A stretch of 64,000 nucleotides of DNA from the IMG/VR virus record IMGVR_UViG_3300029286_000009, positions 1 to 64,000 of that record; one strand, given 5' to 3'. A model generated the notes under the pieces. The model was not told the DNA's origin and ran no database searches. It saw only the letters and a program-made list of their open reading frames with translations. Within the stretch, counting starts at the first letter, position 1. Each line of letters begins with the position of its first letter. The position numbers and the translations under genes are program-made. Positions 1 through 11,900 of the stretch are shown in pieces.

Positions 1-325
1 CCATCAAGCAGGACCGAACGAATTTAGACCCTTTGAATTCAATAAAAAGTTTCCTATATTTATGAGTATAAAGACGCATGATTTTGCTCCTTCTCGTCTT
101 AATAAATCGTATATGCTTTGGGCGTCCCCCGGTTATACATATGACTTGTGTGTAAATTTGGTTGCAATGCCCCAGGCAACCGAAGATTTGAAAGTAGGAA
201 TATTAGCACAGAGTGCTTATCTGCAGTATAGTGAAGATGTCGAGGTAGAGGTTACATGTAATGATATGGACGGTAACGTGTTAACCTACACATGGATATT
301 TACTACCGAAGATAATCCTGAATAA
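1..325 (+). CDS. Partial hypothetical protein, probably structural (C-terminal Ig-like beta domain)
   Basis: The frame of ORF 62..325 stays open back to position 2, so the gene starts upstream of the window. The C-terminus VEVEVTCNDMDGNVLTYTWIFTT is beta-sandwich-like. Confidence 0.55.
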   Translation, partial: HQAGPNEFRPFEFNKKFPIFMSIKTHDFAPSRLNKSYMLWASPGYTYDLCVNLVAMPQATEDLKVGILAQSAYLQYSEDVEVEVTCNDMDGNVLTYTWIFTTEDNPE

Positions 326-329
326 CTAA

Positions 330-351
330 CCTGCTATTATCCAATAGCAGG
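330..351. promoter_or_regulatory. Perfect intergenic hairpin/palindrome
   Basis: CCTGCTATT-atcc-AATAGCAGG: 9-bp stem, 4-nt loop, no U-tract, upstream of the GGAGG RBS of the next gene. Confidence 0.45.
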
Positions 352-380
352 ATATCATAATAGTTTCGGAGGAAAACATA

Positions 381-1997
381 ATGGCTACTCCAAGATGGGT
401 GCAAATGTATACGGTCAGCAGTGGGATAGGTCTGACCTCTTACTTAAACGCAGGACATGTTTTAGATTATATGTATGGAAGAGGAACACCGCCCTCCTTA
501 CAAGGTACCATACCTAGCCAACTTCCGATTACTATAACCTCAACTGCGTGTAACCTGTTAATCACAATGAATGACGGGTCAGCCTCTACTTCTAAAATCT
601 TTACTCTGGCAAGTGGTGTAAATCGTGATCCACGTGTGCTTGCTAGAGATATTACAGATATGATGCACAGGGAATATCCCACTAATACGCCTATATGGAC
701 TAACGCCAATTGTGGTTGGTGGAGTAACGGATTCAAGGTGAACGCTGGTATCTGCGGGCATAATGCCTCTGTACAGATTGATTACACAGCGAACAGTGCT
801 GCTGAACTATTGGGTTTTACTCATGGTACTGTAGCGTATGGTTCAGACAATTATAGACTTCCAGACGGAGAAATTGCCGCCGGGAATAAATCTACAAATA
901 CTTGGAGTGGTTCTGTTTCGGTAAGTGGAACTTCATTTAAAGGTGCTTGGGATGAGTGGGTTGCGGTCGCGGTAAACTCAGATGGTGGTTCTGGGCAGGG
1001 CACCGCAGCCATAATTACACATGCTAGCGGAACTTATCCGGGCACAGTCACGCTGGGTGGTGTGTATAACTATAGTGATGATACTGTGTACCATGTGCAA
1101 GTTTCTGTAAGTGGTTCGGCATCTTACATGACTGGGGTAAAAGACGCTGTACCTTTGATGACTTGGTATGGTACTGGCGGAGATACTACCATGTCTGGTA
1201 GTGCAATACAACTACTTTACGCAGATCAACCGTATCCTTTAGGGAATAAAGGTTTATGGATTAAGTTTAGTAACTCTCCATTTAGTTATCCCGGTGACGC
1301 ATGGATGATTTCTGCGAGCGGTATATTAGACGGGAGTAACTATCAATGGGGCTCCGCAATGCGAAAAATTATTTGGAGCTCTCATAAAGGTGATACAGAA
1401 TGGACACAGCAATCTACCTCGACCTATGGTAATTACTTTAGAGTGGGTCGGGGTGGTGTGTATATAGCAGCAAATCAGGATTACAATGTGGCCCCTGGCG
1501 ACACACTGAGAGTAAGAGTCCCTGGTCCTGTACCTTATCTTTTTGACACTTCCTCAATAAATTTGGGGAATATAACAGTTACTACCACCTCTTCGATATT
1601 TGCGATTCGGTTTGATTTAATTGCTGGGGCAGTAGAACTCACAAATGTAAAGTACAGTTTACTTAGCAATGGAGGAATGGGATACCATGACGGTACCAAC
1701 ACAGCTTTTAGATATGGTACTGTAGGGCGGGGTAATAAGGCAACAGCTACTCTCTACGATGTTGAATGGTGGAATGGTGTAACTGCAGCAGATATGGTAC
1801 CTCCGCAACCAAGCTATCTCTACGATATAGATGCTAACTTAACGGTTGTTTCAACTGCAGATGACTCTAAGTCGATTGGCATAGATCCGTTCGACGCCCT
1901 ATGTTCTGACTATATATTCGGGGCTATACAATTGGGTGCGGATGAGTCCGGACAGAAGACAGTAGTTTATCGTTGCTATTTTGACTATTCGGAGTAA
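381..1997 (+). CDS. Putative virion structural protein (G/S/T-rich, beta-rich)
   Basis: 538-aa ORF with GGAGG RBS. Composition is typical of tail/baseplate proteins. Shares a ~90-aa domain ending in LGF with ORF 12575..19051. Confidence 0.55.
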   Translation: MATPRWVQMYTVSSGIGLTSYLNAGHVLDYMYGRGTPPSLQGTIPSQLPITITSTACNLLITMNDGSASTSKIFTLASGVNRDPRVLARDITDMMHREYPTNTPIWTNANCGWWSNGFKVNAGICGHNASVQIDYTANSAAELLGFTHGTVAYGSDNYRLPDGEIAAGNKSTNTWSGSVSVSGTSFKGAWDEWVAVAVNSDGGSGQGTAAIITHASGTYPGTVTLGGVYNYSDDTVYHVQVSVSGSASYMTGVKDAVPLMTWYGTGGDTTMSGSAIQLLYADQPYPLGNKGLWIKFSNSPFSYPGDAWMISASGILDGSNYQWGSAMRKIIWSSHKGDTEWTQQSTSTYGNYFRVGRGGVYIAANQDYNVAPGDTLRVRVPGPVPYLFDTSSINLGNITVTTTSSIFAIRFDLIAGAVELTNVKYSLLSNGGMGYHDGTNTAFRYGTVGRGNKATATLYDVEWWNGVTAADMVPPQPSYLYDIDANLTVVSTADDSKSIGIDPFDALCSDYIFGAIQLGADESGQKTVVYRCYFDYSE

Positions 1998-2000
1998 ACC

Positions 2001-2645
2001 ATGGTAAGCAGAACGTATCCTTCTGAGTGTTCTACATACAACTGCGACTATATGATTGTAAGTGCAATACGGGGGCGTATTGGAGATACTGGCGTCTTGA
2101 AAAGATACTACATTCCTACAACAGGAGATTTCTCTAGATACGTCCCGTATGACACCACATCTTTCTATGATGAGGAAACCCGATTTTGGCCTTACTACAT
2201 TAAAGTTGGAGATACTGTATGTTCTGGCACAGCAGACCCCCAAGTTATTGATTATCACTATTTAGTTTTTCAGGAGGAGAATAGGGATTTAACTGCTTCG
2301 GGGATTGATTTTTGGGTAGAATCTTTTCGAATATCTGATTACGAAATATGGACTACTTACTTGAGTGTAGATTTAACTGGATTGGTTATCAACGAAGACT
2401 GCATTTCTGAAGAGATGATTACATTAAAAGCAGCTATAGACTTAATTCCAGTTATGCGTACGTATTTAATTAACACCACATACACAGTGAGAGAGGTCAC
2501 TGATAGAGATACACGGTATCGCATGCAGTTACTATCGGGGTCAGACCCTTACAGAGATTTGTTAAATAATCTTCAAAAAGAACTAGATAAAATGATAGAG
2601 CAGTGCAACAAAACTCCGATTAATGAAGGATGGAGGCTTGAGTAA
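2001..2645 (+). CDS. Hypothetical protein, possibly head-tail connector/neck-like
   Basis: 214-aa ORF in the structural block. Helical pattern (IRGRIGD ... LKAAIDLI ... YRDLLNNLQKELDKMI) loosely resembles connector proteins; function is inference. Confidence 0.4.
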   Translation: MVSRTYPSECSTYNCDYMIVSAIRGRIGDTGVLKRYYIPTTGDFSRYVPYDTTSFYDEETRFWPYYIKVGDTVCSGTADPQVIDYHYLVFQEENRDLTASGIDFWVESFRISDYEIWTTYLSVDLTGLVINEDCISEEMITLKAAIDLIPVMRTYLINTTYTVREVTDRDTRYRMQLLSGSDPYRDLLNNLQKELDKMIEQCNKTPINEGWRLE

Positions 2646-2974
2646 TGAGTGAGTTACGTCGTGGGTGGGTTGTAAGATATAAAAGTGGAAGAGTTATACC
2701 AGAGTGGGAGTTTGGTAAACCATTTAGCCAACTCCCAGTAGATGAGGAAATTGAAGCAGTTGCTTTGGTATTAGATAACAGACACTGGGTTATACCTGGC
2801 AAAAAGCATTATTTTGCCCAGAAGCAAGAATCTATAATGCTTGGTCGTGGTGTGTTGGGCGGACGAAGGGTAGAAAGTCGTACTATAGGTTACTGGGAAG
2901 ATGGAAAAAAAATAAAAATTACAGTAGACGAAAATACGGGAGAGATACGTGGACCCTATGAAGACGGGAGGTAA
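2645..2974 (+). CDS. Hypothetical protein
   Basis: 109-aa ORF coupled to the upstream gene by a TAATG overlap. Confidence 0.6.
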   Translation: MSELRRGWVVRYKSGRVIPEWEFGKPFSQLPVDEEIEAVALVLDNRHWVIPGKKHYFAQKQESIMLGRGVLGGRRVESRTIGYWEDGKKIKITVDENTGEIRGPYEDGR

Positions 2975-2977
2975 CCA

Positions 2978-5900
2978 ATGCCTTCCAACTTCAAATATCG
3001 AATAAAGCACGCATCTGTTTCAGACAATTCTTTATACAACAGAGAGCTAATTCCTGAGGAAGCTTATCAACAGCTTGAAGACTCGGGTTATCTATCTACT
3101 TCTGACACCAATATAAAGCCTCATACTTGTACTTTCATACAAAAGATTGCTTATAACAATAGTTGGTATTACCTGTGTGGTATTAAACCACTTTCCACAC
3201 GAAGTGATTTAATTACTTCTACTACTTCTAAGCTATCTTCCTCTCCTGACACACGAGATGGTTCACTGCAAGGGCGTGTATCAGGTGCTATTGAAACAGG
3301 ATTTGACACAGACACAGAGATCGGTAAGAATTATTTTAAATGCCAATACTGTGACATGTCTACTGGTAAAGCAACGGAACGAACGATAGGTGGGCAAGGA
3401 GAAAACATTGTAGAATTCCCTATGTGTAATTGTTATAGTCCCCGCGGTGGTCTTCAAATCTCTGTTTTCGACGGAGCAGTCAAAGGGGGACTAGCTCCTG
3501 GATTTACCTATCCTTATCCTTCTGCAGAAAACCCCACTATCCTCCCTACCGTGGGTGATGCCTACAGCAAGTATGGTAAGAGCACTGGAATTTCCCCACC
3601 CCCCGATTTTGTAGGGGCTGTCCCACCTTACGTATCAACAGCATTACAAAATAAACACAAGCAACGCCCTACATCGCTGTCTATGTTACACCTCTTGTTA
3701 AATGCTCGGGCAACGGTGGTCCCTTGTTGTTGGTGGAAGCGTGCTTCAATTTTGACTTATGAACCTGGGCACTTTAGAGTAATCGACCTCGCGGTAGCAC
3801 AAAAATATGTCGAAAGTAGGATACCGGATTGGTCAGGTAAGCTTCCTAATATGTCTAACATTTTGGGTGTTAGTGATTTGGCAGACTACACTGCAATAGT
3901 AGGTGATTATTTTGCGGCAGGAGACCAGCTATTTGGGGCGGACGGCAGTCTGTACTCTATTACCGAGGAAGACGCATATATCCTAAACAGCATGTTGGGG
4001 CGTAATTATGATTACACCCTTCCTAATACTTCCAATAATAGGCGTTTTATTTATGTTCTGGACTCAGCTATTACCGGGTTACCCACTAAAAAGATTAGGT
4101 CAAGTGACTCGGGTGAGAGTCCGTCTTGTCCAACAGTGTGGCACTTTGACACCGAGGGGTGGTTTAGTCCTGCTAACTGTGGTTACCCGGATTGTAATGT
4201 AAGATATACTTGGGGACACCTATGTAATGGCGGGGGTTCATTTAGTTTAGATGAGGGTAAAGCTTGCCCATACTATGAAAACCCACTGATGGGTGATAAA
4301 GATTCAAAGCGATTCGCAAAATTGCAGAATATGTATCCCGGTGATTCAATCAATGCTGCTATGGTATTAGAATTGATGTGGTATTGTAAAGGGGGGCTGC
4401 CCTGGTCTAAAGAAGAATGGAATGATACTTGGCTTCACCCCTATATCTGGACTACACTTCCATTTAGTCCAGTAGCTTATCAAACAGATAGATTTACTAC
4501 TGATGCCGGTAATGTTGTTACTGTTCCTATGCATACAGAACATCATCTATACTCTAGGAAAGCAGAGGTCGATCCAGCTACAGGGGAGATAACCTTAAAA
4601 CCCCCTAGAGTATTACCAGGTGGTTCAGTTTCAGCATACGTTAGAAAACAAGATGCGACCTTAGAAGACGGAGTTAAAGTCCCCGATGTGCCCACATTAG
4701 TGAACAAACTTGAGTTGCATACAGCAGCCTCTATTAAGATTTTATGGCCCACTGCGGATATCAATACCTATGAACTTAGTATAACAGCTGCATCCGACTA
4801 TGCAGAGCAAATTAAAGAAGCAAAGAACAAAACGTATAACAAAGTTTTGTGGGGAAAAGACGGACTTAAAACTTTGGTTATGGGAAATGCTTCTAGGTCC
4901 GGTAACCAAGGAGTCTACTGTATCAACACAGCTTTCTTACAGGGAGGTGACTGGCAAGGTAAGCGGGTACAATTAGAAAACAAGCTAAAAAATATAGATT
5001 ATGCTACCACAGAGACTCAAAAGTTACTTAGAGATTTGTGGGAAGATGTAATAAGAGCGGATGTCGGGGGTTCGGTAGCCCTTAAAAATGCTAACATGAT
5101 GAAGACTTATCCAGATGATTATGGTCTATTTGTATTCCAAGATGTTCCGTTAAATTTGCTGGATAATCCTAATTGTATAATAGTATTTTCTTTTTCAGAA
5201 AGTGGCACTATAGATGTAGATTTTGTTTTAGTGAAACCCATTTTCTGGCGGGGCTACACATACCAAAAAGATACCTCTCTTATGACGTCATGGAAAACAG
5301 TTTGGAATGGTCGTCCATCTCTATTTATGCAGGAGAGCCACTTAAATACTATTAGACCAACTTTGGATAAAGGAAGAATACAGAAGTCAGCAGGCACGAT
5401 GTCTCTTTCTACATCTAAAACCACTTCAACAACTGCTACTAGCACAAGTACTGTTCAGACATTATACACACAAATTACTGCTACCGTTTCAGAAGCTCAG
5501 ACCTTGATTAGTAACTTGTCTGCTACGCAAGATGTAACAACTCGAGCATTAATAACACAACAGCTTACAACAAAAACGAATGAAGTAACTAGTGCATTTA
5601 AAGAGGCAGCAACTGAAGAGGAGGCAATATATACAAATAAACTTTCTTTGGTTACTACTGCAACTGAAAAGCAATCTTTGATAACCGAACTCACTAATCG
5701 CATATCTGATGTAAATAGAAATATAGCAACAGCAACCTATTTCGTGTCAATATATTCGCAATCCGGGAAGTCTAGTTCCGCTGTGCTCTATGGTAAGGTA
5801 TTATCTGGTTGGAATAGTATAAAAGCGGTTCTCAATAGTAAATTGTCTTCTACGCAAAGTCTCTCTACAGACACAACCGTAACTGATACAAGTAAGACAG

Positions 5901-8900
5901 ACGAAAAGTTGGTGAGGTATTCTTATAAAGATACATCTAAAGATGCTAAGAAAGGTGACACAGACGTGCAAGAGAATGGGGTAATAGTTACGGTTGACGA
6001 CTACGATCCAGAGGAAGGTACGGATCCGGTATCTCGCTTGTATGTACCCTACCTTTCTAACTACAGACCTAACCACCGTAATATAGACAGCTATAAGAAT
6101 GTGAATAAATTGCCCAACATAGAAACTGAAAACATTACATTAGATATCCCAGAGGACTCTGGGCTCGCAACTTGGGGGCACATAACGGTTGCACAAAATG
6201 AAACCCCAGGGATTTCGTTGCCAGCCTATTCTTTTCCATCCAAAGCAGCCAAAAAAATTGTGATTTACTCTACAAGAGAATTAGATAAACCCTCTTCTAA
6301 AGCAGTGGACGAACCATCTGGAGTAGAACTCACAAGTAAGATTGGTAGTTGGTATAAATTTCCTTCATGTTTATCTACTGTAGTCTTTGTATTGAACCCG
6401 GATATATTTAACAACTTCACCGAAGCGATGATATTTAGTATCACTGCTCTAGTAACATACAAATATAAAGATGCGAATGGTGATGAGCAGCAGTCCACCA
6501 AAACTGTGAAATTTCTGCCGATAGATTATAATCAAGTATCGCGGTCTTATCCAGGCTATACGGAGGGGAAAACCACTAGGAATTTAGGGGTAGAAGAGGT
6601 TGATGGTGTTAATTATACCAAAATAGAGATATCAGAAGATATAGCTATTTTGGAAAAGAGTGAAACGGGACGACATCCGTGGGTATTTTTTGGTATACCT
6701 GTATCAGAGGATACCCAAGTAAAAGAGTGGCGATTTTATAGTGGTTCTTTTTATCCAGAAGCAATAAACCTAAGTACAGTTGTTATACCTACACCTAAAG
6801 AAGAGGGTGATATAAAGTTCTATATAGAATATGCTTACATCGGAGAGATATATGATGAAAACGCTGCAGAGATTTATGAGTGGGAAGATGAGGAATTACA
6901 GACTAGAATATTATTTGGACACCCGCGAACTGGAATACTAAAAACAGTATTCAAGTATGAGAGTGTTACCGATAAAGTAGATGACTTTGAGGCAGTCCCA
7001 ATCGGGTCTCATTCAATGGCAACTATTTGGCCCCATGCACGAATTGCTATGCGAGACTATGAAATCACTTATATTTGGAGAGATAGTTATAAGGGAGAAG
7101 AAATTACCACGGGGAATTTGACAAATCGTACTGCGACTAACTGGGCGGCGTCGCGTGTGGCTAATAAAACCGCTGGTCAAGATAAATACTACTCTCAGAT
7201 GTGCTTGGGAGATCATGATTTAGGAACGGAATTTCAACCAAAGATTTCTTATAACACTAAGACGTCAACTAACACTACAGCGGGGATAAGATTTAAAACA
7301 ACCAGAGCAGAGTGGTCTTCAACCTTTACTGATAAGACTTCTAGTTATTTAACTAATCAAACCCCAACATATGGTTTTCCCTCTACTTATTTGACTTCTT
7401 TCATACCCCCAGATCCGGCTTCCTCGGCGGCCAGTGCTGGTGCACTTTACTACCCATACACACGAAGTGAGCCCTCTTCCGTATTTATTCCCAGGCACAA
7501 AACTTACCTTTGGGAATTTTTAGATAAGTGGAGAAACAAGTTAAATAAAACGTATTCTATGTTCGGGTGTTTTCGCTTACAAGCTACAGATTGGTGTGTT
7601 CGTGGCACTGACACCACAAGAGTACGCACGTGGAAACGACATTGGATGTATGACCCCGACCGGGAGACTCAGTTTATTGGTAGGTCTAAAACACGAGGAC
7701 CAACATTCCAACTGGAATACCGGGAATACTTCGAGATGGCTACCAAAACAGTTTATTTGCGACCATATGTTGCAAGAACCGGCGGGGATGCTGAAAATTG
7801 TTATTGTGCCTCTTGTAACAGATACTTCAAGAAAACAGATGGTATAGAATGCCAGGATTGTACTTGTCCATATAGTGACTGTGCAAAAGATGTAAAACCT
7901 ACAGATGTAACTAACTGGAATGCACATTACACTACAATGCTAGAGAAGATAGAATCTGATACTACTGAAGAGGTTACAGAAACGTTATCTACGACTGAAG
8001 AAGAGACTTTCGTGCCCAAGAACCCTGATCGCACAGATTACAATACCTGGAAAGCTCGTATGACAACACTTTATAATGCTTGGTTATCAAGTGGTAAAAA
8101 CAGTGGGTTATTGTCCATGCAAAGAGAGCAGGCCCGTGGTAGAAGACTCGGTTGGTATGCAAATATATATGGGGATATAGGCATAGAGTTTGTCACAGAT
8201 ACAACTACAACAGAGGAGACGACAACAACCTCTGGATCTGAGGTGGATATAACCACGGGCTGCGATAAGTTTGGTACAACCAAACGAATGGATCTAGGAG
8301 CATTTCAGATATCTGATGGTTATGTACCAGGTAGTGTAGACCCATATTATGGCACCGATTCCTCTTCCTCATCAGAAACAGAGTATTATACTTTGGAAGC
8401 CGAAGCTACAGCTGCCGAATCGGCTGCTGCAACAGCTAAAGCTGACACAGATAGGTATACACAGAAAGAAAAGAGCATGACGGGAAACGACTCTTACACT
8501 GAAAACGGAACTGTCTATACATTGGAGGGGCAGAGCACATACACATCAGGTGGAGCAGCAACTACTAAGCTATCCGATAAAATAGCTGAAGCACAAAAGA
8601 TACAGGATGAGAAAGAAGCCGAAGCTGAAAATAAGCGTGCAAAGGTAAAGGCACTGAATTCTAAAACTGCACGGGGGCAGGCTAGAGAAGACATAGCTGC
8701 AAAAGCTAAAGCAAAGAAGGAAGAAGTCGAAAAAAAGTGTAATCGCTATTACTCTTACTTACAACAATCCTATGGTTATAACTACCCATGGAGTCCGTTT
8801 GATTCCCCGCCCGTATTTGGTAACACTGGAAGAGAAATGTATATTGTAGAGATATGTACAATCGGATCTGTTATATCCTGGTTACCCCGTCCTGTTGATA

Positions 8901-11900
8901 AAGACATGCAAATGCCCGTTGCTAAGACAACCTACACCTCCCCAGCAATTCCGAGTTGGTGGACAGCAAGAATTCCTGAAGGAGCAGCCAAAGAGTTAGT
9001 TACACTTTTGGTACCTCCTGTTGAGTGCACCCGTGCGGTAACTGCTTTACACTCGGAAGCACAGAATCCTATGTATAATTATATTTTTGACTCACCCTTT
9101 TCTGAAACCGCTGCAACCATTGGTGATTCAGCATTCAAGACAGTTAAAGTAAGGGATATCAGGATTGCTACCAGATATAATCCAGATTATTCCGGACAAC
9201 CTTATTATAGGTCTGATGCTGGGCGTTTCGTCTTAATACCCCGTGCAGACACTAAATTGTGCGATATATATGTTACTAAAGATACTCCACTATACAAAGA
9301 TGAAACTCAAGATGAGTTTGGTGAAGTTACATCGTTTGCAGGCACCATAACTACTACTACAACGAATACAGCTACGTCGGATTCTTACATTAACGGAGAT
9401 GAAATAAAGGGGTTTTCTATTAAGGCTAGAGGAACTACATTTGTAGGAGATTATTATCCAGGATTTGAAGGTCCGTACAGTTATGGCAAATCGTTCATAG
9501 GGTTTAGAGGAGTAACAGGTGTAGGTGCTGGTACTAATATACACTGGGCATGGCCCGAACTTACACGAGACTGGTTATATCGTGCAAAAAAACTGGTAAA
9601 ATACTATCCAGACCTACTACCACCCCTCAATGTGGATGGGACAATTGATACAAGTGTTAAGTATTTGATAACCGAAAAAGAGAACGACGGAATTTGGGCA
9701 ATACCAACAGTAGAGTGTGGTCCTTATCTTAAAAAAGCAGATAGTGTTGACGACGGGCGGGAGATATCAGGCGGACCAACATTAACTGAAGGTCCAGTTA
9801 GTGACACTTCCAACAAAGAAAAGACTTTCCTTTCTTCTTATTTCTGTATAGTTGTTGAATCCGAACGTTCTCATGATGGGCGAGTACGCTCACCACTAAT
9901 TTGGGTGGAGAAAATAGACTCCTCAGACCTTACTTCGGTTCAGGAGTTCAAGGTTCCTTCTGATGATGCCCAGCCCCACCGGATAACTTCTGCCGGAGAA
10001 TTAATACCAGTTGCGATTGCGGCAGGAGACGAAGGCATTACTGATTCTTTGGGTAACCCTTCTTACAAAGATGCATTCAGTTCGGGAACGATTACTGACA
10101 TTGATAATATGGAAAATCCGTCGAGGGGTGCAAACTTGTTTACCTCTAAGGACGTTAATGAGTCTGGTTACTGGCCGGGGTTCAAAGTAGGAAATATTAA
10201 CTATAAAACCATAGGTAAAGTTTTTAATGAGAAAAGTGTAGAGCAAACTCTTCTGGATCGTACTCGGGTCATAAAAACAATTTCTGCCAACGGGCAAAAT
10301 AATCATACGTTAGTAGCACAAGTCGTCTATCCTTACTTTAATGCTAATGCAACATTCATTAAGTTGTATCTAAACAGTTTTTTTGATGATTTAAGTAGTT
10401 ACCTCACCGGCACCAATGACTCTGTAGCTCTGAAGGTTGAAGTTTATGGTACGCCCGTTCCAGGTTCTTTTTCTTCTGCCACTAAATACTCAGCTAGTTA
10501 TTTATTAAAATTACCTGTAGAAGATACATCCTCTCCTATTACACTAGATGTTGATTTTGATATAACATCAGATTTATATGTAACTATCACATTTCTAGTG
10601 GTCACTGCTGCAGATAATTTTTATACGGGACCGTGGAAGGGGGTAGAATTCACGTATGAACAACAAGAATTACCATATTATGAAAATGGTACTTACGTAG
10701 GAACCAAATTACAAACTGTACAAGTACAATTATCTGAGAACTATTGCTATCTAAGTACGCTAGTAGCGTCTATGAAATTAGGTGTTTTATCTCCAGGAAA
10801 ATGTGCCGAGGTCGTTAGGGTGGAGGAAGCAGAGTTCTTTGTAACAACGGGTGAATTATCAGAACGAAAGTCTGATACATACAACTTATTTACTGAAGCA
10901 ACTTCTGAAAGTTATAAATGTAATTGGGAAGAATATGATAAGACTTTAGACGAAACATCTGGGTGGTGGGAGGATTCAGGTAGAGTAGAAGCCTCTGACA
11001 GTTCGGGAGTTGATGAGCAGTGGGCAGTTTCAGCAGAAAAAACAATGATAGAGAATTGGCGAAGCATTGAGGGAGAAGGATCCCAAATAGGTAAGGAACA
11101 AAAAGCCTCTGTTTTTCCGAAGGCGTGTGCGGAAATACCAGAACTTCCGGTTTCTCGTTTAAAGATGAACACGTGGACTCGTCTAAATTCTAACCAGATA
11201 CCTACCGTAAAAAATGTACAAACTATGGATTTGTCGGATGCATCTATCAACAGTAGTTGGGTGCTCGGGGGAGTGTGGTCTACCCGTGTCGCTGGACCAG
11301 AATGGGTAACTGGGGATGAATTTCCTTCGAGAGACATTATTTGGTGGCCCGCCCCTGTATTTAACGAGGGTAAACTTATAATGAAAGGGCGTGCTTGGCA
11401 ATATGGTTCCTTATATAAAGATGAAGCAAAGGTTATTAGCAAAAACAAGCGTAGGGAGATAGAAGACGGGGATACTTATAACGAAAATGCATACAAATAT
11501 GAAATAAGAGGATTTGAAGCTCTTCTACAAAAGATCCAAAATGTAGAGCAGACGGGTGCTGAAGAAAGGAAGTCCGCTTCGTATCAGCGTACATATGGTA
11601 AGACTTATGCCAATAACTATAATCAAATACAATCAGTTCTGAATGGGGCCTCTTCTAATACTAACACCTCAGACTCATACATTGGACAAATAAGCAGTGA
11701 TTACTCAACAATAAATGACCAAGCCAACCTATCTTTGCAGGGTCTTGCCAACTCTATTGCTTCAAATCGTAACTACACAATTACAGACAAGCGAACATGG
11801 GTAACGCTTTCTGATTCAACTCTTGATGTGGACGCGGTTACATGGCAAAATATTAAGGAACGTGAAGAGATGCAAGCCCAGCTTTTTGAAGAAGATATAG

